33,519 nucleotides of DNA from Limisphaerales bacterium (lineage in GTDB: Bacteria; Verrucomicrobiota; Verrucomicrobiia; Limisphaerales; SIBE01), in NCBI GenBank assembly GCA_044225505.1, contig JBGAIN010000086.1, positions 1 to 33,519 of the forward strand, given 5' to 3'. The position numbers and the translations under genes are program-made. Below, piece after piece: positions 1-9,597 of the stretch; the stretch's first letter is position 1; each line of letters begins with the position of its first letter. The notes beneath the pieces are model-generated. The model saw only the letters and a program-made list of their open reading frames with translations. It did not search any database and was not told the DNA's origin.

Positions 1-493
1 TCCATTTCTGAATATACTCTCGATTGCAGCCCGATCGTATCAGGTTCTTCACGTCGCCAATATGCAGCGCGGAGCGGGAGTCCTTCGCCCAATCGAGTTT
101 TGAGAGGACCAGGTCCTCCTTGCTCACAATCCAGGTCTGAAAATCCTCGATCTGAATCTGCTGTCGCCGTGCGAACTCAGCTAACCTATAAGGAGTCTCT
201 TTCCGAACGATGCAATCGACCTTAATCACGCTTTCATTGTGAATCAGGTTGAAGAGGGACCGGTGCTCAATCTAGATCTGCACGGCTTCCCGCGAAACAT
301 AATAATCCGGGCTGAACAAGTGGACGACCCGCGCCGCGTCGTTCGAAGTTAACGCGAGCACCAGATCAATGTTCCGCGTCATTCGCGGTTGGGCATAGAA
401 ATTCATGGCCATTGATCCCGTGAGCATATAGTCGATCCCGGCGCTTTCCAGCCGCATCGAGACGTCGCGAACAATATCCAGCTCATTTTTCAT
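1..493 (-). pseudogene. Minimal nucleotidyltransferase (DUF6036-like), interrupted by an in-frame TAG at 272-274; runs off the window start
   Basis: ATG at 493 gives MKNELDIVRDVSMRLESAGIDYMLTGSMAMNFYAQPRMTRNIDLV (GS...DxD-type NTase motif, first Asp replaced by Asn). The same frame continues past the TAG without another stop: IEHRSLFNLIHNESVIKVDCIVRKETPYRLAEFARRQ...SKEDLVLSKLDWAKDSRS...YIQKW, typical of the family C-terminal half. Confidence 0.75.
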
Positions 494-567
494 CCCGAAG
501 ACCAGTAGGCCAGCACAGCGCGACCATCTCAAGCCCCAAAGGATTGCAGAACGCGCGTCCTTTAGTT

Positions 568-696
568 CTACCGATCGTTGGACGCGACCATGCACCATGG
601 ACGATCCTCGATCTTGGAGCTTGAAAGGCTTGAAATCAGAACCAGGGCGGAGGTAAGTAATGCAAGCCCAAGAAAACGGAGAATGGGGGCGGGCAT
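568..696 (-). CDS. Possible 42-aa single-transmembrane small protein
   Basis: MPAPILRFLGLALLTSALVLISSLSSSKIEDRPWCMVASNDR: one clean hydrophobic helix in an otherwise unassigned gap; no homology recognised. Confidence 0.3.
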   Translation of the reverse strand: MPAPILRFLGLALLTSALVLISSLSSSKIEDRPWCMVASNDR

Positions 697-1053
697 TGTC
701 CCGAACGGCTCGTTCCGTTTTCCCAAAAAAGATTCTGTACAAGCCACGAGTGACGCCCATCTTAGTCGGACCACAGGAAGTGATTGAAAGGCAGCCGCTT
801 GGTTGCAGTTGAAGGGCTCCAAACGGATGCATGGCTCCTTTTCGGACCGACTCTGCGACGAGTCCAGCGGCCTGCCGACGTTGCTGTTGATTAACGACGT
901 GGGACGTGAGTTCTGGGTGTTTTGGTCGAGAAATGTAGACCAAGTCTTACCCCTCCGAGCGACTGTCAACTTGCTCCCGCAACTCAAATCGCGACCTCGC
1001 AGAGTAAGGTCTTGGGAAGTCTCTCCATCGATCACCGACTGGTCTGGTTGGTC

Positions 1054-3525
1054 TCAGCGCGCTGCGGTGATTAGGTAAGACTGGCCGCGTTTGGCTTGAA
1101 ACCGAACGGTTCCGGACTGACGTTCCACCGCAACGGTTTGGCCTTGGCTGTCCTTGACATCGAATGCGGTCGGGGACTCGCGAAGTACGCACGCACGATC
1201 GGCTTGAGCGCGAATCGTCGCACGTTTCAAGCTCTGGGCGGCCCATTCGATATCGACCTCAAGGCCACCTCGGGCGCGGAGTCCTGAGACCGCCCCGGAC
1301 GACCAAGCCTTAGGTAGAGCGGGCAGAAGGCGTATCAGGTCGCCCTGGCTTTGCAGAAGCATTTCCGCAATGCCAGCACAAGCGCCAAAGTTCCCGTCGA
1401 TTTGAAATGGTGGGTGAGCGCAAAACAGGTTGGGGTAAGAACCAGACCCGCCGCCCTGGTAATCGAACCCGAGCCCCCCGGTCGGATGCAGCAGATCCCG
1501 GAGAAGTTTATACGCTCGATCGCCGTCACCCAAGCGGGACCAGAGCGCGATTTTCCAGGCTAACGACCAACCAGTTGCCGAGTCACCGCGCCGGTCCAAA
1601 GAGACACGCGCTGCTCTGGCCAGGTCTGGAGAACGGTCCAGACTGATCTCATCCCCTGGATAGAGTCCCCAGAGGTGCGACACGTGTCGGTGGTGGGGTT
1701 CTGGTTCGGGATACTCTTCCAACCATTCCAGGAGTTGTCCGGCTGAGCCTATTTGATTCGGGGCGAGGCGATCCCGAGCGTCTTTCAGGCGTCGTTGGAA
1801 ATCTTCATCGATGCTCAAGGAACGAGCAGCTTGAGCGCAATTATCGAACAAGTTACGCAGGAGCTGTTGATCCACGGTGGGGCCCATGCAGACCTGTCCC
1901 ACAAACCCGTTGGTCATGCGAAAGCTGTTTTCGGGCGAGTTCGATGGGGCGGTCACGAGCCAGCCGTGCTTAGGTTCGGGAATGACATAGGCCAGGTAGA
2001 ATTCTGCGGCTCCCTTGAGCAATGGGTACGACCAAGCTAAGTGCTGGCGATCACCGGTGAATAAATAATGCTCCCACAAATGCTGGCACAACCATGCGGA
2101 ACCGCTGACCGTGGCTCCCCAGGAAGCATGTTCCCCGGGCGATGTATATCCCCAGGGATTGGTAATGACATGAGCGACCCAACCGGGTGCGCTATAATAA
2201 GCTTTGGCGGTTTCAGCGCCAGGTTGGGCCAACGATTGAATGAGTCGGAAGAGGGGCTCGTGCAACTCTGAAAGGTTGCACACCTCGGCTGGCCAATAGT
2301 TCATCTGCACGTTGATATCCAAGTGGTAATCGCCGTTCCACGGGGTCTGAATCTCTTCGGCCCAAAGTCCTTGGAGGTTCGCGGGAAGACCTCCAGGCCG
2401 GGAAGAGCTGATGAGCAAATAGCGGCCGTACTGGAAGTAGAGGGCCATCAGGGCTGGGTCGCTCGATCCATTTTTTAGTGCAACGAGTCGGCGTGGAATA
2501 GAGAGCGTTGCATTGGACGTCGAACTGGACGACTCCGTGTTCAATACGAGCTTAACGCGGCGGAACAAACGCTGGTAGTCGTCCAAATGCCGTTGGCGGA
2601 TGGAAGTCCAGCGTCGCGAGCTGGCTTTTTCCATGTCAGCCAGGCATGCCATTTCGGCGTCCGGTGTGTTTCTACCGGCAAATCCTTGGTAATCGGTCGC
2701 GGCGGAAACGAAGAGAAGGACTTCGTCTGCGTTGCGAACGACGAGGGCATTGTCCTCAGAAGAGACGACGCTGCCGCCGGTTGGAAGGGCGCGGACACGT
2801 GCGGCGTAGCGCATGCCTTTTCCATCGGTGCCATTGTTGAGCTGGCCTGTCATGAGCAGTTCGTTGGTGCCGGACGGTCGTGTGAGGAAACGCTCCGGTC
2901 GATCCAGATCGATTTTGGCATCGATCGAGCCTGGCCGATCGGCGCTGAGGCGAACGACGATGACTTCGTCCGGCGCGCTGGCCAGAATTTCACGAGAATA
3001 GTGAATTCCATTGAGTTCGTAAGAGACCCGGGCGGTGGACTGATCAAGGTCTAGTTCCCGATGGTACTCTCCGGGCACATCTTGAGACCCCGCGGGTTTT
3101 GCCGCAGCGCCGAATGACAGTCGCAGGTTTCCTAACACTTGATAACATCCATACGGGACGTTGGCGCCAGCTCCTTGCCCGGATCCCGGACCTTGGCAAG
3201 TGAAGTTGGCTAACACCAAGTCTTGGGCTTCGCGATTATTGCCCGCCTTGAGGAGCTCTCTAATCCGTGGCAAACGTTCGTGGGCGTTGAGGCGATCGGC
3301 CTTCTGAGGCGCTCCGGACCATAGCGAGATCTCGTTCAGAACAATGCGCTCGCTGAGCACTCCACCGAAGACCATCGCTCCAAGTCGCCCATTTCCCAAG
3401 GGCAAGCTCTGGGTGAAATGCGTGGCTGGCTGATCGTAGCGCATCACGAGATCCGGTTCGTCTGCCCGCATTAAATAGGAGGCGGACGTTACAGCGGCTA
3501 AAACGAAGAGGAAGCGCCATTTCAT
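1054..3525 (-). CDS. Exported glycoside hydrolase family 95 (alpha-L-fucosidase-like)
   Basis: Signal peptide [12 protein letters not shown] (ATG 3525); GH95 motifs [80 protein letters not shown]. Confidence 0.93.
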   Translation of the reverse strand: MKWRFLFVLAAVTSASYLMRADEPDLVMRYDQPATHFTQSLPLGNGRLGAMVFGGVLSERIVLNEISLWSGAPQKADRLNAHERLPRIRELLKAGNNREAQDLVLANFTCQGPGSGQGAGANVPYGCYQVLGNLRLSFGAAAKPAGSQDVPGEYHRELDLDQSTARVSYELNGIHYSREILASAPDEVIVVRLSADRPGSIDAKIDLDRPERFLTRPSGTNELLMTGQLNNGTDGKGMRYAARVRALPTGGSVVSSEDNALVVRNADEVLLFVSAATDYQGFAGRNTPDAEMACLADMEKASSRRWTSIRQRHLDDYQRLFRRVKLVLNTESSSSTSNATLSIPRRLVALKNGSSDPALMALYFQYGRYLLISSSRPGGLPANLQGLWAEEIQTPWNGDYHLDINVQMNYWPAEVCNLSELHEPLFRLIQSLAQPGAETAKAYYSAPGWVAHVITNPWGYTSPGEHASWGATVSGSAWLCQHLWEHYLFTGDRQHLAWSYPLLKGAAEFYLAYVIPEPKHGWLVTAPSNSPENSFRMTNGFVGQVCMGPTVDQQLLRNLFDNCAQAARSLSIDEDFQRRLKDARDRLAPNQIGSAGQLLEWLEEYPEPEPHHRHVSHLWGLYPGDEISLDRSPDLARAARVSLDRRGDSATGWSLAWKIALWSRLGDGDRAYKLLRDLLHPTGGLGFDYQGGGSGSYPNLFCAHPPFQIDGNFGACAGIAEMLLQSQGDLIRLLPALPKAWSSGAVSGLRARGGLEVDIEWAAQSLKRATIRAQADRACVLRESPTAFDVKDSQGQTVAVERQSGTVRFQAKRGQSYLITAAR

Positions 3526-3659
3526 ACGTGGCGGAGAATTAGCAGTTCTGCCCTGGGATAGCCAGCCTGTCTGTGAGATCAAGGCGACCTGGGGTTGTTA
3601 CATCCTGGTGAGGTTCGTTTTTGCTCGCATGATCCAAGGCCGAAGCGTAATCGGAATCC

Positions 3660-5759
3660 ATGCACCTCCGTGAGCTGACTGTTTTTCTGTTTGCTGGGAT
3701 TTTCGCTGCCTGGCCGGACAAAGGAATTGCCGCGGATCCCGAACTGCGCCGCCCGGGCGACACGACCCTGGCAGAGTATTTTCGGCATGAGACCAAGTCT
3801 CTAGCGAGCGCTTGCCTCACGGAGATTCACTCCCTGGAGGATTGGGTCCGTCAGCGTTCTGAGCTTCGGCGGGAGTTGTTTGAAATGCTGGGTTTGGACC
3901 CGCTTCCGGTGAAGACCGACCTACGCCCAGTCATTACCGGGACCGTCGAGGGAGAGGACTTTGTCGTTGAAAAGCTCCACTTCCAATCGATGCCTGGCCT
4001 GTATGTCACCGGCAACCTCTATTTGCCTCGAGGCCAGAGCAACCGGGTGCCAGCGGTTCTCTATGTTTGTGGTCACGCGAATGTCACTCATCCAGTCACT
4101 GGGGTGCCGCTGGGAAATAAGACTGCCTATCAGCATCACGGAGAATGGTTTGCTAGGCACGGCTACGTGTGCCTCACGCTGGACACGATCCAGTTGGGCG
4201 AGATCAAGGGGTTGCATCACGGGACCTACCGGGAGGGAATGTGGTGGTGGAACGCACGTGGCTACACTCCCGCTGGGGTCGAGGCATGGAACTGCATTCG
4301 CGCCTTGGATTACCTAGAGTCCCGCCCCGAAGTCGATGGAGGTCGTATCGGTGTCACGGGGAGGTCGGGCGGGGGAGCGTATAGTTGGTGGGTGGCGGCG
4401 CTGGATGACCGAATTCGTGTCGCGGCTCCGGTGGCCGGCATCACAGATTTAGAGAATCACGTGATCGATGGAACAGTTGCTGGCCATTGCGACTGCATGT
4501 TCATGGTAAATACCTATCGATGGGACTATCCCACCGTGGCAGCCCTGATCGCACCCAGGCCTCTCCTGATCGCCAACAGCGATAAGGATTCCATCTTTCC
4601 CTTGAATGGCGTGGTGCGACTTCATGCTAAGGTCGCTGAAATCTACCGTCTCTATGGAGCCACGAATAACCTCGGTCTCCTAATTACGGAAGGCCCCCAT
4701 CGAGATACGCAAGACTTGCAAGTCCCGGTGTTTCGGTGGTTCAACCGGTTTTTGAAGGGAACCGATCCGCTGATTCAAATGGCTGCAACGCCTTTGCTGA
4801 AGCCCGAGCAACTGCAAGTGTTCACTCGGTTACCCGAGGACGAGCGCACCAGCTCGATTCACGAGAGTTTCGTGCCGCAGGCTGCCAACATGGGATTGCC
4901 AGCGAACGCTCGGGAATGGAGCGAACGAACGAACGCCTGGCGGAAGGCGCTTCAGGAAAAGGTCTTTCGGGCCTGGCCGTCTGAACCGACGACACCCGAG
5001 ATCGCCCTAAAGCGGCGTGCCGAGAGTCAATCCGGGACCCTGGAGCTCTATGACTTGGTCAGCCAAAACGACGTCAAGCTGCCACTTTACGTCACGACTC
5101 CGCGTCGGGTGGCTGCTCGGGTGCGTTTTAAGGTGTTGGGTGAGGGGGATTGGGCGTCTTGGGTAGACACTAGACGTCGTGAGTTTCCGGCTATTTTCGA
5201 CAGAGAAGCGTCTTCGGATCGTTCGTCCGATCGATTCCAACCTGAAGCGCCGGGCGCAACTGCGGAGGGGGAAATCGAGGTTGTATTTGCGCCCCGTGGC
5301 GTTGGGCCCTCCGCGTGGAATCCTCGGCCAGAGGAGCAGATCCAAATTCGACGTCGCTTTATGCTCTTGGGACAGACGCTGGATGGAATGCGCGTCTGGG
5401 ATATTCGGCGTGCGCTGCAATCGTCGAGTCAGTTGAGACAGTGCCGCGGACTTCCGATTCTGCTCGAGGCGGAGGGCAACGCCGCGGTGAACGGGTTGTA
5501 TGCCGCCCTTTTTGAACCTGGACTTGACAGATTAATTCTGAAGAACCTACCGCGATCTCACCGCCAAGGTCCGGACTACCTGAACATTTTGCGATTTCTC
5601 GACATTCCTCAAACGGTGGCGATGGTCAGTGAACGCACCGTCATTGAACTGGCTCAGTCTGGGCTTGGCGACTGGTCATACCCAAGCGGAGTGGCGACTC
5701 AACTTGGCTGGAGTCCAGAGCGGATTCAAGTTCGGGTCAAGGCTTCGGCGGGCCAGTAA
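3660..5759 (+). CDS. Exported two-domain alpha/beta-hydrolase (acetylxylan-esterase-like)
   Basis: Signal peptide; FQSMPGLYVTGNLYLP, VLYVCGH, nucleophile elbow GVTGRSGGG, ALIAPRPLL, GPH; degenerate second hydrolase domain (LGQTLDGMRVWD). Divergent from the GH95 gene. Confidence 0.85.
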   Translation: MHLRELTVFLFAGIFAAWPDKGIAADPELRRPGDTTLAEYFRHETKSLASACLTEIHSLEDWVRQRSELRRELFEMLGLDPLPVKTDLRPVITGTVEGEDFVVEKLHFQSMPGLYVTGNLYLPRGQSNRVPAVLYVCGHANVTHPVTGVPLGNKTAYQHHGEWFARHGYVCLTLDTIQLGEIKGLHHGTYREGMWWWNARGYTPAGVEAWNCIRALDYLESRPEVDGGRIGVTGRSGGGAYSWWVAALDDRIRVAAPVAGITDLENHVIDGTVAGHCDCMFMVNTYRWDYPTVAALIAPRPLLIANSDKDSIFPLNGVVRLHAKVAEIYRLYGATNNLGLLITEGPHRDTQDLQVPVFRWFNRFLKGTDPLIQMAATPLLKPEQLQVFTRLPEDERTSSIHESFVPQAANMGLPANAREWSERTNAWRKALQEKVFRAWPSEPTTPEIALKRRAESQSGTLELYDLVSQNDVKLPLYVTTPRRVAARVRFKVLGEGDWASWVDTRRREFPAIFDREASSDRSSDRFQPEAPGATAEGEIEVVFAPRGVGPSAWNPRPEEQIQIRRRFMLLGQTLDGMRVWDIRRALQSSSQLRQCRGLPILLEAEGNAAVNGLYAALFEPGLDRLILKNLPRSHRQGPDYLNILRFLDIPQTVAMVSERTVIELAQSGLGDWSYPSGVATQLGWSPERIQVRVKASAGQ

Positions 5760-5769
5760 CCGCTCGCGG

Positions 5770-8700
5770 TCAATGATCGCTCAGCAAGAAACGTAAATCG
5801 TCGAGCGTCAAGGATTGAGCGAAACGTTCCTCGCCGAGTACTTCTTGGGAAAGCGAAGACTTCTGCTTTTGCAGCTGACGGATTTTTTCCTCAATACTAT
5901 CTTTCATTAAGAGTCGATAGGCGATCACCTTACTGGTTTGACCGATACGGTGAGTGCGGTCGATCGCTTGGCTCTCGACGGCCGGATTCCACCAAGGATC
6001 GAACAGAACGACATAACTTGCAGCGGTCAAATTCAGGCCGAAACCTCCTGCCTTTAGGGAAATCAGAAAAATCGCGGCGCCCTCGTGTTGTTGGAACGTC
6101 GACACAAGCGCTCCGCGATCCTCGGTGTCCCCAGCCAAGTAGAAGACAGGCCACCCGCGTTTCATGAGTTCGGGTTTTATCAAGTTGAGCAACTCGACGA
6201 ACTGTGAAAAGACCAGCACTTTATGTCCTTCGTCGATCAGCGATTCCAATTGTTCGAGGAGAGCTTCCAACTTCGCACCTGTCGCAGAGGTTTGAGGGTT
6301 AAAAAGGCGAGGGTGACAACAGATCTGGCGGAGTCGGAGCAATGACGTCAGAAAATGAAATTGATGCTTGCTCAGCTCCTTCTGCGTTTGAATGGCCAGG
6401 AGCACCTGTTGTGCTCGCTTAAGTTCAGCGCGATAAAGATTGCGCTGCTCGCCTTCCATCTCGCAATAAAGGTCCTCTTCAATACGGTCGGGGAGGTCCT
6501 TTGCGACTTGTGCTTTGGTCCGGCGCAGCAAAAAGGGCCGAACCCATGCCGCCAGTCGCCGACGGGCTAATGGGTCGTCCTTGGCTCCCTAGAGACGAGT
6601 GAACTGACTTCGGCTGCCCAGGGTTCCGGGCATGGCGTAAGCCATCAAGCTCCAGAGGTCCAAGAGCCGGTTCTCAATGGGAGTGCCCGATAAAATCAGC
6701 CGGTGATGCGCTCGGATAGTACGCGCGATTTGCGCGGTTTGCGACGACGGATTCTTGATGTACTGGCCTTCGTCCAGAATTGTGACCAACCATTTCACGC
6801 CTGCTAGCTCATCGCGTAAAGACCGCAATTGGCTGTAGTTAACGACATGGAGCTGAGCTTCGGTAACGGCTTTAGGAAGAGTTGCGAGTTCCCCAGCGGC
6901 CCAGACCCGGACTTTTAATGTCGGGGCGAACTTCTTGGCTTCGGCCTGCCAATTGTCCATAACGCTCTTCGGGCAGACCACGAGGGCAGGGGGAACGGGA
7001 GCTTCTTGGGAGTGCCGCCAACGATGGTGCAGCCATACCAACCATGCCAAGGTCTGAACGGTCTTTCCGAGTCCCATATCATCGGCCAGAATGCCACCAA
7101 AGCGATTTTCTGTGAGATACGCGAGAAAGTGAAACCCGCGCGTTTGATACGGCCGGAGTTCGCCTTGGATCCCAGGCGGCACGTCCGGAGCGACGCGGAT
7201 TTGAATTTCCGCTGCGCGACGTTGGATTTGTTCGATTTGATGTTCAGGAAGAAATCGGCGCGCGGAGGGGTCAGAGAGTTGGAGGGCGTGAAGGCGTTGG
7301 GGTTCGGATGATAGTTCGCGTGCGGTAAGTCCTAATCGGGCCAAATGCTCGTCGTCTTCCGGAGTTAGATCAAACTGCAGTCGCGTCCACCCGCGGTGTT
7401 TGAGTCGAACGAAGCCGCCTTTGGCATCGAGGAGAAGTTTTACCTCTTCGGGGGTCAGCGTAGTGTCGGCGATGTCGAGCACGACTCGGAGGTCAAACCA
7501 GTCTATGTCTGCCTCCGAAACGTCGAGGCGAATGCGGCCGGCCACCGCATCGTGCAGTAACGAGTTCAGCTCTCCGTCCAAGCGCACCTCCACGTCTGGG
7601 CCAAACGACCTTATCCATTGCGAAAACACTTCCGGAAAAGCGCGTGTGACTCGGAGGTAAACGCCGGACTTATTGATAGCGGGGCGAGCCCCGAGGGCTT
7701 CCAAAGCAGCGCTGACCTGGGTTAAGGACTGCTCGTCATAGACGGATATCAGGTCCCCGTCAGACGTTGCACGCGCAAGTTCCAGTCGTTCCTTGTGCCA
7801 GCTGCGTCCTGTCCATTCACAGGTGACGAGTCCGTCCGCAGAAACTGCTGTGGGATGGACAATGCAGATTTCGGGTCCCTCGGTATCGTAAAGCTTGTCC
7901 AAGAAGCAACGCAGCGTGACGCGTACACCGATCGAACGGACCCGAGAGGCAATCCGCGGAGGGATCTCAATTCCCAGCCTTCGGAGAAATGGTATTCCCG
8001 CGTCGCTCTCCACCGCTTTAGCGGGAATCCTAGTGTCTCCATGGCGCGAGAGAAACGAGGGAATGGTCGGCGCTTGGTATATGGCAGAACTGCACAGGCA
8101 AAATACTGGATTCTGTCCGAAGACAGAGAGAAATCTTGGAGCGGGACGACCTTGCCCGTCGACGAGTCGAATTCGATAATCGGGCTGGCTCGACTCGGGC
8201 TCCAGCAAGGCCCAACGCAGAGGCTCTTCCTCATGGCGCAAGGGTTGGCCATCTGTGCTGATGATTTTCTCGGCTAGTTCCCGTCGACAGAGCAGGGTGG
8301 CCAGAGTGGCCATTTGAAATGAGTCTTTATAGACCAGGACGGCTTCGGAGGAATAGGAATGAAGGTGAGCGAGAAACGCTCGCCAGAGAATCTCCGACTC
8401 TGCTGGAAGCGACGCCAGGAGAGTGGGACTATTCGCTTGGATATCGCGAATTGCCTGGGGTCGAGGAATCTCGAACTGACTCTCGCCAGATCGTTTCCAC
8501 TCTAATCGAGCGGCCAGTTCCCCAATCACCGCACGGACGTCGACGATGGGAGGTGTTGCGGGGGCGGCGACTTTGAGCGACGTAGCGACACTTTCCACGA
8601 GCCGCTGCTGCCATTCTGCCACCTGCTTTTTGTCACGCTCCTCCTGAAGCACGCGTGGAATGTTAGAAAGGTCCGTAACGGGCTCCATGAAGGGAGGAAT

Positions 8701-9324
8701 GGTCTGTTTGGTGTTTACGGCCGCATGCGCAATCAACTGCCAGAAGCTTTGTTGACTGCTCGGAAAGTCATGCCAAGGGCGGTAAACCTCCCAGCTCGGC
8801 AACACCGGACGAAATCCAAGTTCGGAAAAATCGCGCACGGTGAGGCCCTCCAGGCGGTTGCTTTCACAACGCTGGTAAAGGCGGTGAATCGTTCGCAGGT
8901 AACTGATCTCTTCCACGGTCAAGGCTCGTCCGACGGTTTCGCCCAGTCGGGTCGCTAGGTCGGACGGAGGCGCTCCGGGGGCGCGGTTGACTTTCAACCC
9001 CGCCGCCAGGTCATGAACGCTGGCGAGGCTATGCTCGGCCAATAGAGATTTGGCTACGGCGACGGTATGCGCACATTCCCAAAGCATCTGACAGGTGCAT
9101 GTCCCGGTCCATTGCCGCTTCCCGGAATTGAATTGGAGGCGGACCTCGTTCGGCGGCTGGCTTAGGACGACACCAGCAAAGACGCAACCGGGCTCGAGGG
9201 CTCGCAAGTGCTGGATGCAGTTTTGCTGGAAAAGCTGATCGCCTTTCTCCTGCGCACTGCGCGTGAAGGCGCGTAGATACGCGATCAGCGTCTCTGGACT
9301 TGGAATCTCACTCACCTGGCTCAT
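5770..9324 (-). pseudogene. SWIM zinc-finger + SNF2-family helicase, split by one in-frame TAG at 6589-6591 (pseudogene, sequence error or readthrough)
   Basis: N-terminal CTC...CAH SWIM motif; LRPYQ, ILADDMGLGKT (Walker A), LDEGQ, LSGTPIEN; then QFTRL*GAKDDPLARRRLAAWVRPFLLRRTK in the same frame into Helicase_C (LVFSQF, SLKAGGFGLNL, DPWWNP, QAIDRTHRIGQ). Confidence 0.88.
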
Positions 9325-9597
9325 GGCCGTCTGTCAATTCCTTCCACCGGGCGACTATTCCCGCCAACTCCACCGCTACGGTTCATTGGCCCGCCAAAAA
9401 TGAGACCGCACGAGGGATTTCAAGCTCCGGAATCTCCCACCAGAGGATTGCTCGATCCGAGTTGGATGAGCAAGCTCGAAGCGTCGCGGATCGTCGAGCC
9501 TAGCGTTTTGGCGAACCTGCCGCGGCCTCTCTGCTCCGTGCATCGGGACGTGCCTGACGTAAACGGCGCATCCTCGACAGGTTGGAGCAGAATTGAG

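Noticed and set aside
494..943. 150-aa N-terminal extension of the nucleotidyltransferase shown in the ORF track
   Set aside because: The sequence is not protein-like; family similarity starts at MKNELD (493).
3549..3565. GG-N10-GC upstream of GH95 (TGGCTATCCCAGGGCA), and a similar spacing near 9424-9439
   Set aside because: Spacing fits, but the flanking consensus (CAC, TTGC) is poor; expected by chance.
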